A DNA stretch of 64,000 bases from Lingula anatina (Eukaryota > Animalia > Brachiopoda). Below the pieces are notes generated by a model. It saw nothing but the letters and a program-made list of their open reading frames with translations, searched no databases and was not told the DNA's origin. Positions 24,225 through 38,522 of this stretch are shown here, piece after piece (the stretch's first letter is position 1; every line of letters begins with the position of its first letter). The position numbers and the translations under genes were made by a program. The DNA lies in NCBI GenBank assembly GCA_051362555.1, contig CM120641.1, positions 31,502,401-31,566,400 on the forward strand. The letters run 5' to 3'.

Positions 24225-26310
24225 CTTGGACCTAAATAGAGAAGGACATGAAACGCGGCATTTTCCTTTGAAGCTATGTGCGTTCGGGTAAACATTCGCC
24301 CATTGTCTCAGATAAGCTGTTTTGATAGGTCCACGGGAGCCTGAACGACTTATTATCAAGGTAGCGCGCTCTGTGCCTCATTGAAATTCTTTTGTTCTAT
24401 TGCATGAATAACGCAATTTCTCGCGGTCCCTCGTGGTTGCTATGATACAGCATTGCCTCCATCTTGCAGTTGCTAGCACATAGACTTGCGCCAACACGTG
24501 GAAATTTGTTTCGGGTTTTCAGTATCATTTCTTGTTGCCTCATTAAAACGGGCTCTGGTCTTTGTCTATACTTGTTATCATTCCCAAGATTGTATTGATA
24601 TATGTCGAGCTGATATATAACTTGTTTAAAAGCATGATGACTAGTAAAGCCAGGTAGGTGCCATCCAAATGCATCTGATAATAAGATAACGCAATGTAGC
24701 AAGCCAATTACAGAGGTGAGACTTAAATCACAAAAATGATCGCGATCCACTTTTATTACCATTACCCAAGTATATATATAATCATGAAGTTTGCATGTGT
24801 ACATGTCCACATTTATACTTTAATTAAAAGACCAATGAGGGTGTCTGTCCATCGTCTCTATGCTGTTTAGGGACTCCAATTTAAAAATGAAAAACTATTA
24901 ATTATCATTCTCAAACTGAAGCAGACCATCGCCGGTAATGTGTAAATATATATACTTCAGAGCAGTGTTAATGTCAAATTTGATAAAAGAATATTAAAAG
25001 GCCCACAGGTGCGTTTTTGTGCGTAACGAATGTGTTTGTGGCGCCGTATTGCAATGAGAGCCCATATTGAAAGTTAAAAAAATAATTATTATTATTCTCA
25101 GACTGGAGCATATCGTAGCCGGTAATGTGTAAATATATATATACTTCAGAGCAGTGTTAATGTCAACTTTGATAAAACAATATTAAAAGGCCCACAGATG
25201 CACTTTTGTGCGTAACGAATGTGTGTGTGGTGCCGTATTGCAATGAGAGCCCATATTGGAGGTTAAAAAAATAATAATTATCATTCTCAGACTGGAGCAG
25301 ACCATAGCCGGTAATGTGTAAATATATTTATACTTCAAAGCAGTGTTAATGTTAACTTTGATAAAAGAATATTATAAGGCCCACCGGTGCGTTTTTGTGC
25401 GTAACGAATGCATGTGTGGTGCCATATTGCAATGAGAGCCCATATTGAAAGTTAAAAAAATAATAATTTTCATTCTCAGACTGGAACAGACCGTAGCCGG
25501 TAATGTGTAAAATTATATATACTTCAGAGCAGTGTTAATGTCAACTTTGATAAAAGAATATTAAAAGGCCCCCAGGTGCGCTTTTTTTGCGTCAAGAATG
25601 CGTGTGTGTTGCCCTATTGCAACGAGAGCCCATATTGAAAGTTAAAAATTTTAATTATCATTACATAATTCGGGCTCACTTAAGCAAGTAACATTAACCT
25701 ATTCATATAGTACACAGCAGTGTAAATGCCACCTTTATCTAAACCGTACGTAAAAAATACCAGACCTAAAACGATGTCAGCGAGTTGAATAAATCGGAGA
25801 GGAATTGCGTCATTTTAATTCAAGACACGATTGAAGGTTTCATTATTGCCGCGTCTCAGGCTAATTTCTCACATAGAGAGAAAAGTTTGACACTAGAAAT
25901 ATTTTCCAATCGGATCATAGCTGAAAACAAGTATACTACACTACAATTGTACAATTATGAATGCTCATTTTACGACAACAAACAAGATTGCCTTTACCAC
26001 ATAGGGCATTTTGAATTCCTCCATGAACAAACATATCAAATTCTCACATAGTTTCCAAATTGATAGAACAAATTGTACTTATACTTAATCTCTATAAGTT
26101 TATTGTCCCATCCACCTGAAGGATTGACTCACGTTATCGCGAACTACCTGCCCAAATGACACAAAAACTCATCGACAACTGCGATATGCTCGCTACCTGT
26201 ACGGCAGGTCATGTGATCCGAACGCACATCGTTTCGCGAAGAGCTCGCGCTAAGCCGATTATCCTTTGATCTAGCTCAGCGTTTCATGTCCTTCTCTTAT
26301 TATGTCCATG
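24225..26310. mobile_element. Non-autonomous P-superfamily-like DNA transposon
   Basis: About 32-bp imperfect TIRs (CTTGGACCTAAATAGAGAAGGACATGAAACGC / GCGTTTCATGTCCTTCTCTTATTATGTCCATG) and 7-bp TSD CTCAACT (24218-24224, 26311-26317). Confidence 0.7.
24900..25662. repeat. ~188-bp tandem repeat, 4 units, inside the P-like element
   Basis: CATTCTCAGACTGGAGCAGACC...GCCGGTAATGTGTAAA...GAGAGCCCATATTG recurs four times. Confidence 0.92.
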
Positions 26311-29300
26311 CTCAACTTGAGGTTTCCTCGATGAAAGCGGAGTACAAAAATTAACTTTTTCAAATATCGATTACAACATGCTGTACAATGATATTGAGAC
26401 TAAAGGGTTTAATGGACTTCTTTGCCTTAAAAGCAATTCATTTCAAAATTAAAAGAAACAGTTTTTTCGGGGAGCGCGGGTAGACAGTTTACGTCAGGTG
26501 ATTCGTTAAAGTCGAGGAGTGTTTCACTATCAAATGCGTAAATCATATATGTCATAAAATACTATAAGAAAGTTTTTTGTTACGATCTGCAACATTTATA
26601 TAGCAGGGCGAAGTTAAAGCCAGAGGTAAATAGAACCTAATACCGTAATCCTCCTCGTCCATTTATTTAAATCGTATCAAAACGTTTGATACACAATGTT
26701 CATTAAATTCATAATTTTGGCGATTTATTAAAACCATATTGGTACATAAAAGTTTAAGATTAGCATAAGTTAAGCAACAACCAGTATGAAGAACAACACC
26801 CTTTTTAAATGAGGCAAGACACCCTCTTCACACTGATTATAACCTTGAGAAAGACATTATGCAACTTAAGGCAAAGGAGTTATGCAAAGTTCTTTCAACT
26901 CGTGTGTGAATACAACACATTCTTTGTCACTTTTACAAGACAATGGAGGCGAGCAAGTAGAGTAATTACAATATACAATAAAAAGGACATTAGTATAGAA
27001 AGTTTACTTCGGGTCAGCCCTTTGCTTCTTCGAATGAAAGAGATAGATATCGCGCCGCGACTCCCTTTATTAAACCTTCGTGTGTTTGTGTAAAAGTGTG
27101 AAAGACAGGCAACGGTCTTTAGTCGCTGTTGATATTGTTCGCAATTAATATTGAAGTATAACTCCTTCGCCTGCATGTAAACGTGTTACTTTTCCTCATG
27201 TTCTCTATATTTCTTTTAGGTGGTTGAGACAATGGGATGAGATCGATAAAAGTAAAGGTTGATCTAAACAATTAGATGCGAATTTTGTGAAATGACTTAT
27301 TAAGTGATGTGCACGTACCTAGCATGTTTAAATTCTTGAATTTCTAATTTGTTAAATCTTTCATACACGGCCTCATATATGTATTACTCTCAGGCCTTCG
27401 ATATTATTGTGTTACACGGGACTCCTGGAAACCTGAAGCACAGGTCTACGGAGTCTTGTTATCCTTTATGCAGTTTTATGGCTGGGATGAACACTGCGAA
27501 GTAGAAACAGGCTTTACTTAGCTTTACTTGATGCACGACAGTTTAAACAAAATCAGTCTGCAAGGCTTGCTTTGATTTGGCGTTAACCTTACACTGGTTT
27601 TAAAAGAACAAATATAAATATGTTCGATGGATTAAATGCCGGCTTCGTTATATTTTAACTAAATGCGTTCATTTGCACAGTTACACAGATAATATTTTTA
27701 AGTTGTCTGTCGTTCAGCACGCATTATAGGCGAGTAGCTAAATAGTGACGGTGATCAATCCAAGCTCAATCTTGGCAAGTATCGTTTACAAAATAGATCA
27801 TGTTGAATAAACTTAATTACGCTTTAATAAATAATCAACACACGGTTCGGTTATTGTCACTTGAAAGCTTTCGATCAAAGACGTTCAATGGAATCACAAA
27901 TCATTTGACGATTAAAAAATGGACATGTTCAAGGGGCAGTTTTTGTTTCAGCTAAAGGGACTTCAGGTTCAGGTAGAGGGTTCAGTTACGTGTTTCATCG
28001 GATGATAGCATCACGCCCTAGGTCTAAGCGAGTTGAATAGAAGCTTTTTATCCAAACATCCTATTCCTAACTACTGAGTTAGGACAAAGGTCTAGTAACA
28101 TGCACTGTGCAATAACTATTAATGGATCAGATGCATACTTGATTGTTTTTCCTCTGGTGTCGCACGTATGCATCCTTTCTTGAGTAATCTAAAACAAGTC
28201 GCTAGTGTACCATGTTTCTCACTGTAGCAAAATATGTTCGAATGGTGTTTCTGTATAGGCATACTTTAAGCTTGTTCAGGAGATAATAACAGTCGGGTTT
28301 AACAATAGATAGCGAGCTATAGTAAGACCCCCTCCTCTTTAACTGATGATTTACACTTTTAATTGACCGTACTTTCGTATATTGTATGATCATACAGCCA
28401 GACTTCCCCCTGTTGCACGTTGTAGTTGGATTGTCATTGCGCCTATGTCAATGCACCTCATTTAATTTCAATATTATAATATAAGCATAATATAAGTAAT
28501 ATGTTATTTCCTTATTCCTCTTTCATTATCATTCATGTTTTATAAATACTTGAACACTTGAATGCAGATGTTTCAAATTAAAACGTAAGTTCATAAATAA
28601 ATTATACATTTATAAATTAATGCAATAGGAATTTTTTGAGACAGATTGATGCTGACGCTCATGCATTTCAACCAAACAAACAATAATTAGTTCAATTTTT
28701 GACTGCGGAAATTTCATATAGGATGAAATAACTGATAACAAATTTAACTAACTTTGTTAGCAACATTAAAAACCAGCTGCGCGTGCCAAACTAGAGAACA
28801 AAAGGACAGTTCGCTTCGCGTGGCACGCCTTAGCATGGGTTTAGCCTCTTCAAGCTATAATCCTTTCGCCGCAACAAACAATAGGGACCTTCTGGCTGAT
28901 GTATCCTGCTGTTAATTACACCTAGTTACAGCGGATTGTCACGCTCGCGCTGGGCCACAGAAACCGGCGTCATGGGGTTCACTCGTATTAAGTATTGTGT
29001 TATTCCACCTAAGCTATTGTGTTTGTGCGTTCGAATTTTTGAAGGGATTTATACGGCCCTCCATTGTTTGTCCGCCCCCTTCTATTCACAAGATAGGGAT
29101 TAAAACATTTCGAACGTTGTTACACCGGTGTACAACGGAAACAAAATTATTCCGACCACTGTAGTCTGAATGAAGTGAAAACAATGATTTAAAAAAATGG
29201 GAAGGACCTAAGTGCAAGTGTAATCTCTGCAATGCCATGGTTAATGATAAATTTGCACTGAAATGATGATGTCTCAATGTAAACTTAATTAATTACCCAC

Positions 29301-30483
29301 TATAATCATGTATCATACTATGTCAGCTGCTAGGCCTCATTTTCCTGTTGTAATTTCAATCAACAGAAGTATTTAGAAACAACAGTAGTAAACACTGTAT
29401 CATTATTTAATTTATGGTGACAAGCTGTATTTCAGTCCTACCATTCTTTTCTGTAGGTTTGAGAATTGTAAGTATCTGGTTTACTTTAAATTGCCATTAC
29501 TGCGGCAGTGCCCAAAATAGGGTTTTCTTCAAGTTCGATGCAATACTACATACATAATGCTTATAATCACCACCAATTTTAATGTTGTACTGCACATGAT
29601 AGGTATTTAGAAATGAGACTAGCAAAAGTCTTCAGGCCCATTGAAGTTCAAAGGCATACTTTGAAAATACCATGATGAAAAAAAATTGAATTTTCCATAC
29701 ACACAAATACACACACATACACACAAACTCCTTTAATTACAAGAAAAAAAAAAAGTACAGGTATACAATCAGACTGGTTTTAAAATGCCAGTTGTATCGA
29801 AGTCATAAAATTTTCAGTATTGAAAGTTTAAAGACAGGCAATTTTTTTCCATGAAATAGGGTATCTGCATTGCATATTACATATATGTACTGGTAAGAAT
29901 AATATATACTGAAAAAAAAAACATAACTTTAAAAAAAACTCTGATGAAGCTGGTTTTGAAATCCAACCTGTATCTTAGTCACATTTGTCAGTCCTATAAG
30001 TTTTTATGAAAGGTGTTATCTTTATGCCATATACTATATGCTAAAAAATAAAACAAAAAGCACATAAATTCAAGAAAAATGGTCCCATCAAGCCAATTTC
30101 CAGACTCATCCTGTATATTGATACTATTGATCAGTCCTTCAGTCCTGCAAGTTTGAAGACAACAAGCCTGCCAATTTTCCTTGAAATGTGTTATCTGTAT
30201 AGCAAAAATTACAGTGGCAGATTTAGAGGGAGGGGCCAGGGGGGTCCTGAACCCCCCCCCCTTTACGATTTCTGGTCTCCTCTTGAAATTAGAATTTTGA
30301 CTAGCTGAATCATAGTTCTAAATGATGGCACCGTTCGCCCTCTAAAATACCAGAATTTTTCAGGGCCCTCTGAAGAGCCCTAAACCCCGTGCCAAGTGTG
30401 TGTGTGTGTATACGTTCTGCCAGTTTGAAGACAACAGATCTAACAGTTTTCAACTTATTGACAATGAAAGTGCACAACTAAAA

Positions 30484-33400
30484 CAACAAGACAGCAATGT
30501 TCTGAAATGTTTTTTTTTCCATTTTTAACAATTTTTTTAACATAAAACAAAATTAACAGGTTACTGCCATTTTTATACGATCAACTAAGAAAATTGATGA
30601 GATGGGAAAAATATCAATACAACAGTGTTAAATGTCCAATTTCCTCCATTCTGAGATTCTGAACATAGTGAATGATTGAATCTGACAAACTGCAATGATA
30701 TGAGTTTATTTCCATTTTTAACACTTTATTACACAATACACGATAACAAGTTTACCATCATTTTTACATAATCAACTAATAATGTTGTAAAGATGCAGGA
30801 AATGTCAACCAAACACTTTTACATATCTTATTAGTTAAATAATGAGACTGTTAACATGCCTAAGAATTGAATCTGAGGAAATGTGAAACAAGACAGCACT
30901 GTTCTGACATGGGTTTATTTCCATTTTTAACACTTTTTTTAACATAAAACAAAATAAACAGTTTACTGCAATTTTTATATGATCAACTAAGAAAATTGAT
31001 GAGTTGGGAAAAATATCAATAAAACAGTGTTAAATGTCCAATTTCCTCCATTCTGAGATTCTGAACATAGTGAATGATTGAATCTGACAAACTGCAATGA
31101 TATGAGTTTATTTCCATTTTTAACACTTTATTACACAATACACGATAACAAGTTTACCATCATTTTTACATAATCAACTAACAATGTTGTAAAGATGCAG
31201 GAAATGTCAAACAAACACTTTTACTTATCTTATTAGTTCAATAATGAGACTGTTAACATGCCTAAGAGTTGAATCTGAGGAAATGTGAAAAAACAGCATA
31301 ACTTCTAAAATAATGGCCCGATTATGCTGATTTTCGAACTCAACCTGCGTTTTAGTAAGATTGACCACTCCTGTGAGTTTAATGACAATTGGCCAATCTA
31401 TTTTTCTTATATTGTGTTTACAGTGTTGCATATATGCTGAAAAATGAAAAAACAGCATAACTACTAAAATAGTGGCCCGATCATGCCCATTTTCGAACTT
31501 GACCTGTGTTTTAGTAAGATTGATTACTCCTGTGAGTTTAATGACAATTGGCCAATCTATTTTTATGTACAGACACAGATGTGTCTGTACATATTGCCAT
31601 CACCTGCGTCTGTTGTCGCCGTCGCCGATGCCGTCGCCGTGCACTTTCCTTGTAAACACGATAAGTGGAAGGCAGTTTTACTTTTTGGCTTTATATTTAC
31701 AGAGCTGATGAATATTCATAAAACGCAGGTCAAGTTCGAAAATCAGCATGATCGGGCCATTATTGTAGAAGTTATGCCGTTTTTTCACTTTTCAGCATAT
31801 ATGCAACCTTGTAAACACATTTTAAGGAAAACCGTTAGGCCTGTTGTCATGACACTCACAGGAATAATCAATCTTACTAAAACGCAGGTTGAGTTCGAAA
31901 ATCAGCATAATCGGGGCATTATTTTAGAAGTTATGCTGTTTTTTCACATTTCCTCAGATTTCCTCAGATTTAATTCTTAGGCATGTTAATAGCCTTATTA
32001 TTTAAGTAATAAGATACGTAAAAGTGTTTGTTTGACATTTCCTGCATCTTTACAACATTGTTAGTTGATTATGTAAAAATGATGGTAAACTTGTTATCGT
32101 GTATTGTGTAATAAAGTGTCAAAAATGGAAATAAACTCATATCATTGCAGTTTGTCAGATTCAATCATTCACTATGTTCAGAATCTCAGAATGGAAGAAA
32201 TTGGACATTTAACACTGTTCTATTGATATTTTTCACATCTCATCAATTTTCTTAGTTGATCTTATAAAAATGGCAGTAACCTATTAATTTTGTTTTATGT
32301 TAAAAAAGTGTTAAAAAATGGAAATAAACCCATTTCAGAACAGTGCAGTCTTGTTTACATTTTGGCATTTTGAAGGTGTGACTTTGAAGTTCCATCGGCC
32401 TAAAAACCTTTGTTAGTCACGTTTACTATTTGTCCATGATACTAATATTTTATTATTAAAAATTGATGATCATTATGCTGTTAAACATTATGTAATATTG
32501 CATCAAAATTTGAAAAAAAACTATTTTGGGCACTGCTCCCATGATGACCATTTAAGAAAAACCATGTCACTTACTGTTCTCAAACAGTACAGTTAATATG
32601 TACAGATGTGTCTGTACATATTACCATCACCTGCGTCTGTCGTCGCCGTCGTTGCCGTCACTGTCGCTGTCGCCATGCACTTTCATTGTAAACAGGATAA
32701 GTGGAAGGCAGTTTTACTTTTTGGCTGTATATTTACAGAGCTGATGAATATTCATAAAATGCAGGTCAAGTTCGAAAATCGGCATGATCGGGCCACTATT
32801 TTAGTAGTTATGCTTTTTTTTTTCACTTTTCAGCATATATGCAACACTGTAAACACAATATAAGAAAAACAGATAGGCCAATTGTCATTAAACTCACAGG
32901 AGTGGTCATTCCTGCTAAAACGCAGGTTGAGTTCAAAAATCAGCATAATCGGGCCATTATTTTAAAGAAATGCAGTTTTTTCACATTTCCTCAGATTTAA
33001 TTCTTAGGCATGTAAACAGTTTCATTATTGAACTAATAAGATACGTAAAAGTGTTTGTTTGGCATTTCCTGCAATTTTACAACATTATTAGTTGATTATG
33101 TAAAAATGATGGTAAACTTGTTATCGTGTATTGTGTAATAAAGTTTCAAAAATGGAAATAAACTCATATCATTGCAGTTTGTCAGATTCAATCATTCACT
33201 ATGTTCAGAATCTCAGAATGGAAGAGATTGGACATTTAACACTGCTCTGTTGATATTTTTCCCATCTCATCAGTTTTCTTAGTTTATCATATAAAAACGG
33301 CAGAAAACTGATAATTTTGTTTTATGTTAAAAATTGTTAAAAATGGAAAAAAAAAAAACATTTCAGAACAGTGCTGTCTCGTTTACATTTTGGTATTTTC

Positions 33401-34033
33401 AAGTTGTGACTTTGAAGTTCCATGGGCCTGAAGACCTTTGCTAGTCACATTTTCTGAATATCCATAATACTAATATTTTATTATTAAAGTTGATGGTCAT
33501 TATGCTGTTAAACATTATGTAATATTGCATCAAAATTTGAAAAAAAAAACTATTTTGGGCACTGCTCCCATGATGACCATTTAAGAAAAACCATGTCATT
33601 TACTGTTCTCAAACTTACAGGAAAGAAACATGGGACTAAAATACAGCTTCAGTAGGAAATACAGTCTGTTTGGTAATTCTTGCTGCCAGTTAAACAGTTA
33701 TTTTGTGAAAATTTAATTTTTCACATATTGGCATTTTCAAGGTGTGACTTTGAAGTTCCACGGGCTTGAAGACCCATGCTAGTCACATTTTCTGAAAATC
33801 CATGATACGTATATTTTATTATTAAAATTGAGTTATTATGCTGTTAACCATTATGTAATATTGCATCAGAATAGAAGAAAACACAATTTTGGGTGCTGCT
33901 GCCATGATGACCATTATGGGAAAACCATGTTACTTATGATTGCCAAACTTTCAAAAAAGAAATACAGGACTAAAATGCAGTCTGAGTTGGAAAAGCAGTC
34001 TAAGGAACTTCTTTTTCTGGAAGTTATACATTT
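30484..34033. repeat. Direct and inverted duplications of the 18190-19790 repeat block
   Basis: 30484-31560 is a direct match, with an internal ~403-bp tandem duplication. 31563-32590 and 32605-34033 are reverse complements. Confidence 0.85.
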
Positions 34034-34619
34034 TCAAAGTGTAAACTTGTCACATATTTTAATTACATTGGTATTACCTGTTGATGATAATTAAAATTTG
34101 ATGTTGAATTTGCAGTTTAACATAATGTATTTTTGCATCAGAATTGACAGTAGCCTATTTTGTGCATAGTTATTTCCTGTTTTTTGTCTGTACATTTGAC
34201 AGCTTTGCTGCCTTGTTCTTATATTGTGTTTACAGGGTTGCATATATGCTGAAAAGTGAAAAAACAGCATAACTTCTACAATAATGGCCGGATCATGCTG
34301 ATTTTCGAACTTGACCTGCGTTTTATGAATATTCATCAGCTCTGTAAATATAAAGCCAAAAAGTAAAACTGCCCTCCACTTATCGTGTTTACAAGGAAAG
34401 TGCATCGGCATCGGCATCGGCGACGACAGACGCAGGTGATGGCAATATGTACAGACACATCTGTGTCTGTACATAAAAATGTTGGGGACAACAACAACAG
34501 ATGCAGGTGATGGCTACATATACAGGCACAGTGTGTCTGTACATAAAACAGTAAAAATATTACAATATGATTGATAAACAATATGATTGAATAATATACT
34601 AAGCAAGTGAAAAAAGCAA

Positions 34620-35070
34620 TGTATTCTCAATAATCTAACACCAGTTGCTGATGTCACAATGTTCAATCTCTTACCAAAATACAGCAGCAGCTGTTGATGT
34701 TGAAATGCTCAATGTATTCCCATAATGCAACTGCAATTGTTGATGTCACAATGCTCAATGTATTCACATAATGCAACTGCAATTGTTGATGTCACAATGC
34801 TAAAATGTATTCCCATAATGCAACTGCAATTGTTGATGTCACAATGCTCAATGTATTCCCATAATGCAACTGCAAATGTTGATGTCACAATGCTCAATGT
34901 ATTCCAATAATGTAACCACAATTGTTGATGTCACAATGTTGATGTCAGAATACTAAATGTATTCCCATAATGCAACTGCAATTGTTGATGTCACAATGCT
35001 CAATGTATTCCCATAATGCAACTGCAACTGCTGATGTCACACTCAATGTATTCCCACAATGCAACTGCAA
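34620..35070. repeat. 46-bp minisatellite, variant of 7670-8042
   Basis: Unit CCCATAATGCAACTGCAATTGTTGATGTCACAATGCTCAATGTATT. Confidence 0.92.
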
Positions 35071-37169
35071 CTGGTTGAATTGAACCGAGATTAAATTACT
35101 GTGGCCCTGCAGAAACGATGCGTGGGGAGGCATTTAAGAGGTGGAGAGACTATAACAGGATGAAGCGGTGTTCCTTTCATGTAGGTCCGCCATATTTAGG
35201 TCATGGCCTGGCTAACACTGGGCTCTTCTCGTTCTGAATGGTCCCTATGTATAATACAACAGCAAGTTAGCAACAGTTGAAATCACAATTTCCAATGTCT
35301 TTCCATTATAAAACAGCAATTATTGTTATTTAAATGTTCATTCTTTTAACACAACAAGAGAAACCAATGTGAGGCAAAGTTCTATCTGGTGTTATGCAGT
35401 GGTAAAGTTACCAAAATGATTTTCTTCGATCCCTCATAACTTTGACCCATTCTTTGTATGTATGTTGCATTATATGTTGTGTAATGTACGTATATGACAA
35501 ACATAGGATATATGAAATGCAGAGGTTTAATTAGCAAGAACCAAGTTCAAAGAAGAGATATTTGATTTTTGTTTGAGAAAGTATGACATTGCTTAACTGA
35601 ATGCCAAGCATTATGAAAACAAGGCAGCAAAGCTGTTAAATATACTGTCATACATGTAAAGCAGATAATAATAATTCAACAATGTACAAAACAGGTTTGT
35701 TGTCAATTTTTATGTAATATTACTTTGTTTGCCAGCAAAATCACAATCACTTTTCCATAATGTGCACAAGTAAATAAAGGGATAACCATGCTTATACCAC
35801 ACTAGACAATGGTTCACCTATCCTTTCCAACATGTAAAGTTACACGGTTGTCCACTGAGACTACAACACACTTTAAGGTGATGCCAGATGCAAAACAAAG
35901 ACAAACCCATCCCTATATGATAATGAAAAACTATCATAAATCAATCACTTCTGTCAAAAACTCATAAAATTTCACCGACCAGAAATTAACATGTTAATGA
36001 AAGCCCAAAGCAGCCTAGAGAGATTGCAATTGTCTTTTGAGGAATAAAAATATCCTACGGTACAGTTCACTAGGACTTCGATTCACCTTTGGGTTAAATC
36101 AGATTATACTGTCAACCTCTTTTAAAGATCAGAACTGAATGAGGAAAGATGTTTAAAGGATATACAGACTGAAACATTGACTTAGGGCAATTTTCAAATA
36201 CCTACAGTGTGCAAGACTTTATATGCTGTAATAAACATTTTATAATAAGTTTGACATTTCAGCACCTTTTACAAAATTTATATCAATTTATTGAAAATAA
36301 GACATTATTTTTAGATAAGGAATATGAATTTACCTCTTTTTGCAGAGCAAACAATGGATTCAACACATCTGCATCAATCATTTTGTCACAAACATCAACG
36401 CTGTCATTTAGAGTCAACTTCCAGAAAATTATGAAGCAGATTTGAAAAAAAAGTTTATCTTAACAATCATATCATTTTTTAAAAGCAAATAACTTCTCCA
36501 TTTACAAATATTTGTTGATAAGGCAATAAATATAAATCAAACAAGATCAAATTTAAGTCCTCTGTAAAAAGAAATCAAAGTTTTTCTTATTAACAAAATA
36601 TGTGTACATTTGTAGGATAACTGAAGAAAAGAAAATGATATTCTTACATCAAAACATTAAAATATAATCATGTCACACGTTCCGAACTATAACATCTATT
36701 CCAAGACCTGGATGCTGTCATTAGGTGTTAACTGTGGCTATCTATCTGGACACTGTCCACAGGCATGTGAGAATACAGCTACATGTGTTAGTGTACTGGT
36801 TAAAATTTTTATTATTTTTTTCACCAAAATAAAAGAATGCATTTCAAAAGTAAACAGTTCTGCCGACCTAGAACTGAATATGTAGATTTCAAAACATGGA
36901 AAAGTGGTTCAGGGAAAAAAATATTTTCTGTTCCTCTGCGTACACTGATTTTTACATCCTATCTGCACAGATTCCCAGAGCGAACTTTTAGACATAACAG
37001 AAATCTGGTGACAGAAATCCCATGCCTGAACCCAGAAAGATACTGATGATAGATAAACATAGCATTGATACCAAATAGATTTATATATAATAATATCAAT
37101 ATAACCCACTGACAGTGACACTGACCACTGCATCGAGTTCACTGCTGACCACATCTCTAATCAGTTTAC

Positions 37170-37400
37170 CTGAGTGTCCCTGGTACGGTCTTCCGCGAGC
37201 TGAGGGAAAGTATATAATGTTAGGCCACAACACTCTCTCCGCTGAAAACTGACGTGGTTGGAAATGTGTGTGTTGGTTAACCCACCCCGGCTACTGTGTG
37301 CACGTATCCGGTATCGTTGTCGGGTCTTATGCTGCCACAGTGCGCTGGATTCTCTGCGTTTCCCGGGAGCGGAAGAGTTAACGCGGTCAGCGCCATTTTA
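37170..37400 (-). promoter_or_regulatory. CpG-rich candidate promoter and first exon
   Basis: Local GC/CpG island, YY1-like AAAATGGCG at 37399-37391 and donor CAG|GTAAAC at 37170/37169. The ATG frame stops after 39 codons. Confidence 0.45.
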
Positions 37401-38349
37401 GGGAGAGGCAGATAAAATATAAAGATATCATACTATCTATAAAATTGTACTTATTTTTTAGCTTTTCTTAAATTTGCAGCATATTCTGCTTTCAGTTATT
37501 CTAGGCATTCCAAATATTTTTGGTTATTTGACCTCACTCTCTCTTCATCCTCCCCCTAAAATGTTCCACGTTAGTAAAAAATCAATAATCGTATGGGAGA
37601 ATAACACAGGCAATTGACCTACTTCACCAGTCAGCGCTATTTTACTACTTTTATGACTTGGGAGAGATTACGTCATACACGTCTGGCATATGTTGTTTTT
37701 ATGATTATATAATTAATAAATTACACATATTGATAAAATATCTATAAATATGTCAGTAAAAAAGGAACATTGCTTTTGAAAAATAATGAAAAAATATGTA
37801 AAGGACCCAACATAAGATAAAAACTTCATTTTTCTCATATATGCAAATTAGATTGTCTTTAGTAATAAAGCTGACAGGAAGTGATGCTCAAACCAGAGAT
37901 TTCAAAGGTGGTGATCTTGATTAATCTATATTTTGGTATTTAATCAATTTGATAATATTAATAATAGTAAAATATAATTGAAGCTACCAAATCAAGTATT
38001 CCTCAAGAGTTTTTTTTTTCTAATTACGAACCAATGCTCTACTCGCTCCTGGCAGGGAATCCGATATAATTCCTTGCTCCTGGTATGAATTTAGTAACAG
38101 CCAGAAGGGCCTGAGAGTACGCCCCCCTCCCCCCATGCGGTCTACATTTGTAAAGGTATGCCCTATCCAGACAACATTTACCTTCTACACACTGTAATTT
38201 TATTTATATCTATTCTATATCCTTTTTCCTTTTTATGAATGAACGATTCCTAATACTGAGGTGCTTATAAAAAGTAATTGCTATATATCTTTATTGAGTT
38301 GCGATTGGAAAAATTAGAGTTGTTTACATCAACATTTCTAAGCGTCCCA

Positions 38350-38522
38350 ATAAAGAGAAAACGTGGCTGGCCAAGGTTTGGATGGAAAACCAACATACAA
38401 ATGGACAAGAAAAAGTTTAACAGAGGCCACGAGGACGGCAGTTGATAGAAAGAAGTAGAGGGGCTTGGTCCATGGAGTGTGCCGACATTCTTCGATATGG
38501 GGAGGATCGGGATGATGATTAT
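38350..38522 (+). mobile_element. RTE-like LINE 3' end fragment
   Basis: Degenerate KRKRG.PR.GW...AVDRKK.RGLV followed by a GAT-repeat tail. Confidence 0.4.

Noticed and set aside
31225-34581. Hydrophobic 77-165 aa ORFs (LMNIHKTQVKFENQ...)
   Set aside because: Translations of HINE core repeats, with frames differing between copies.
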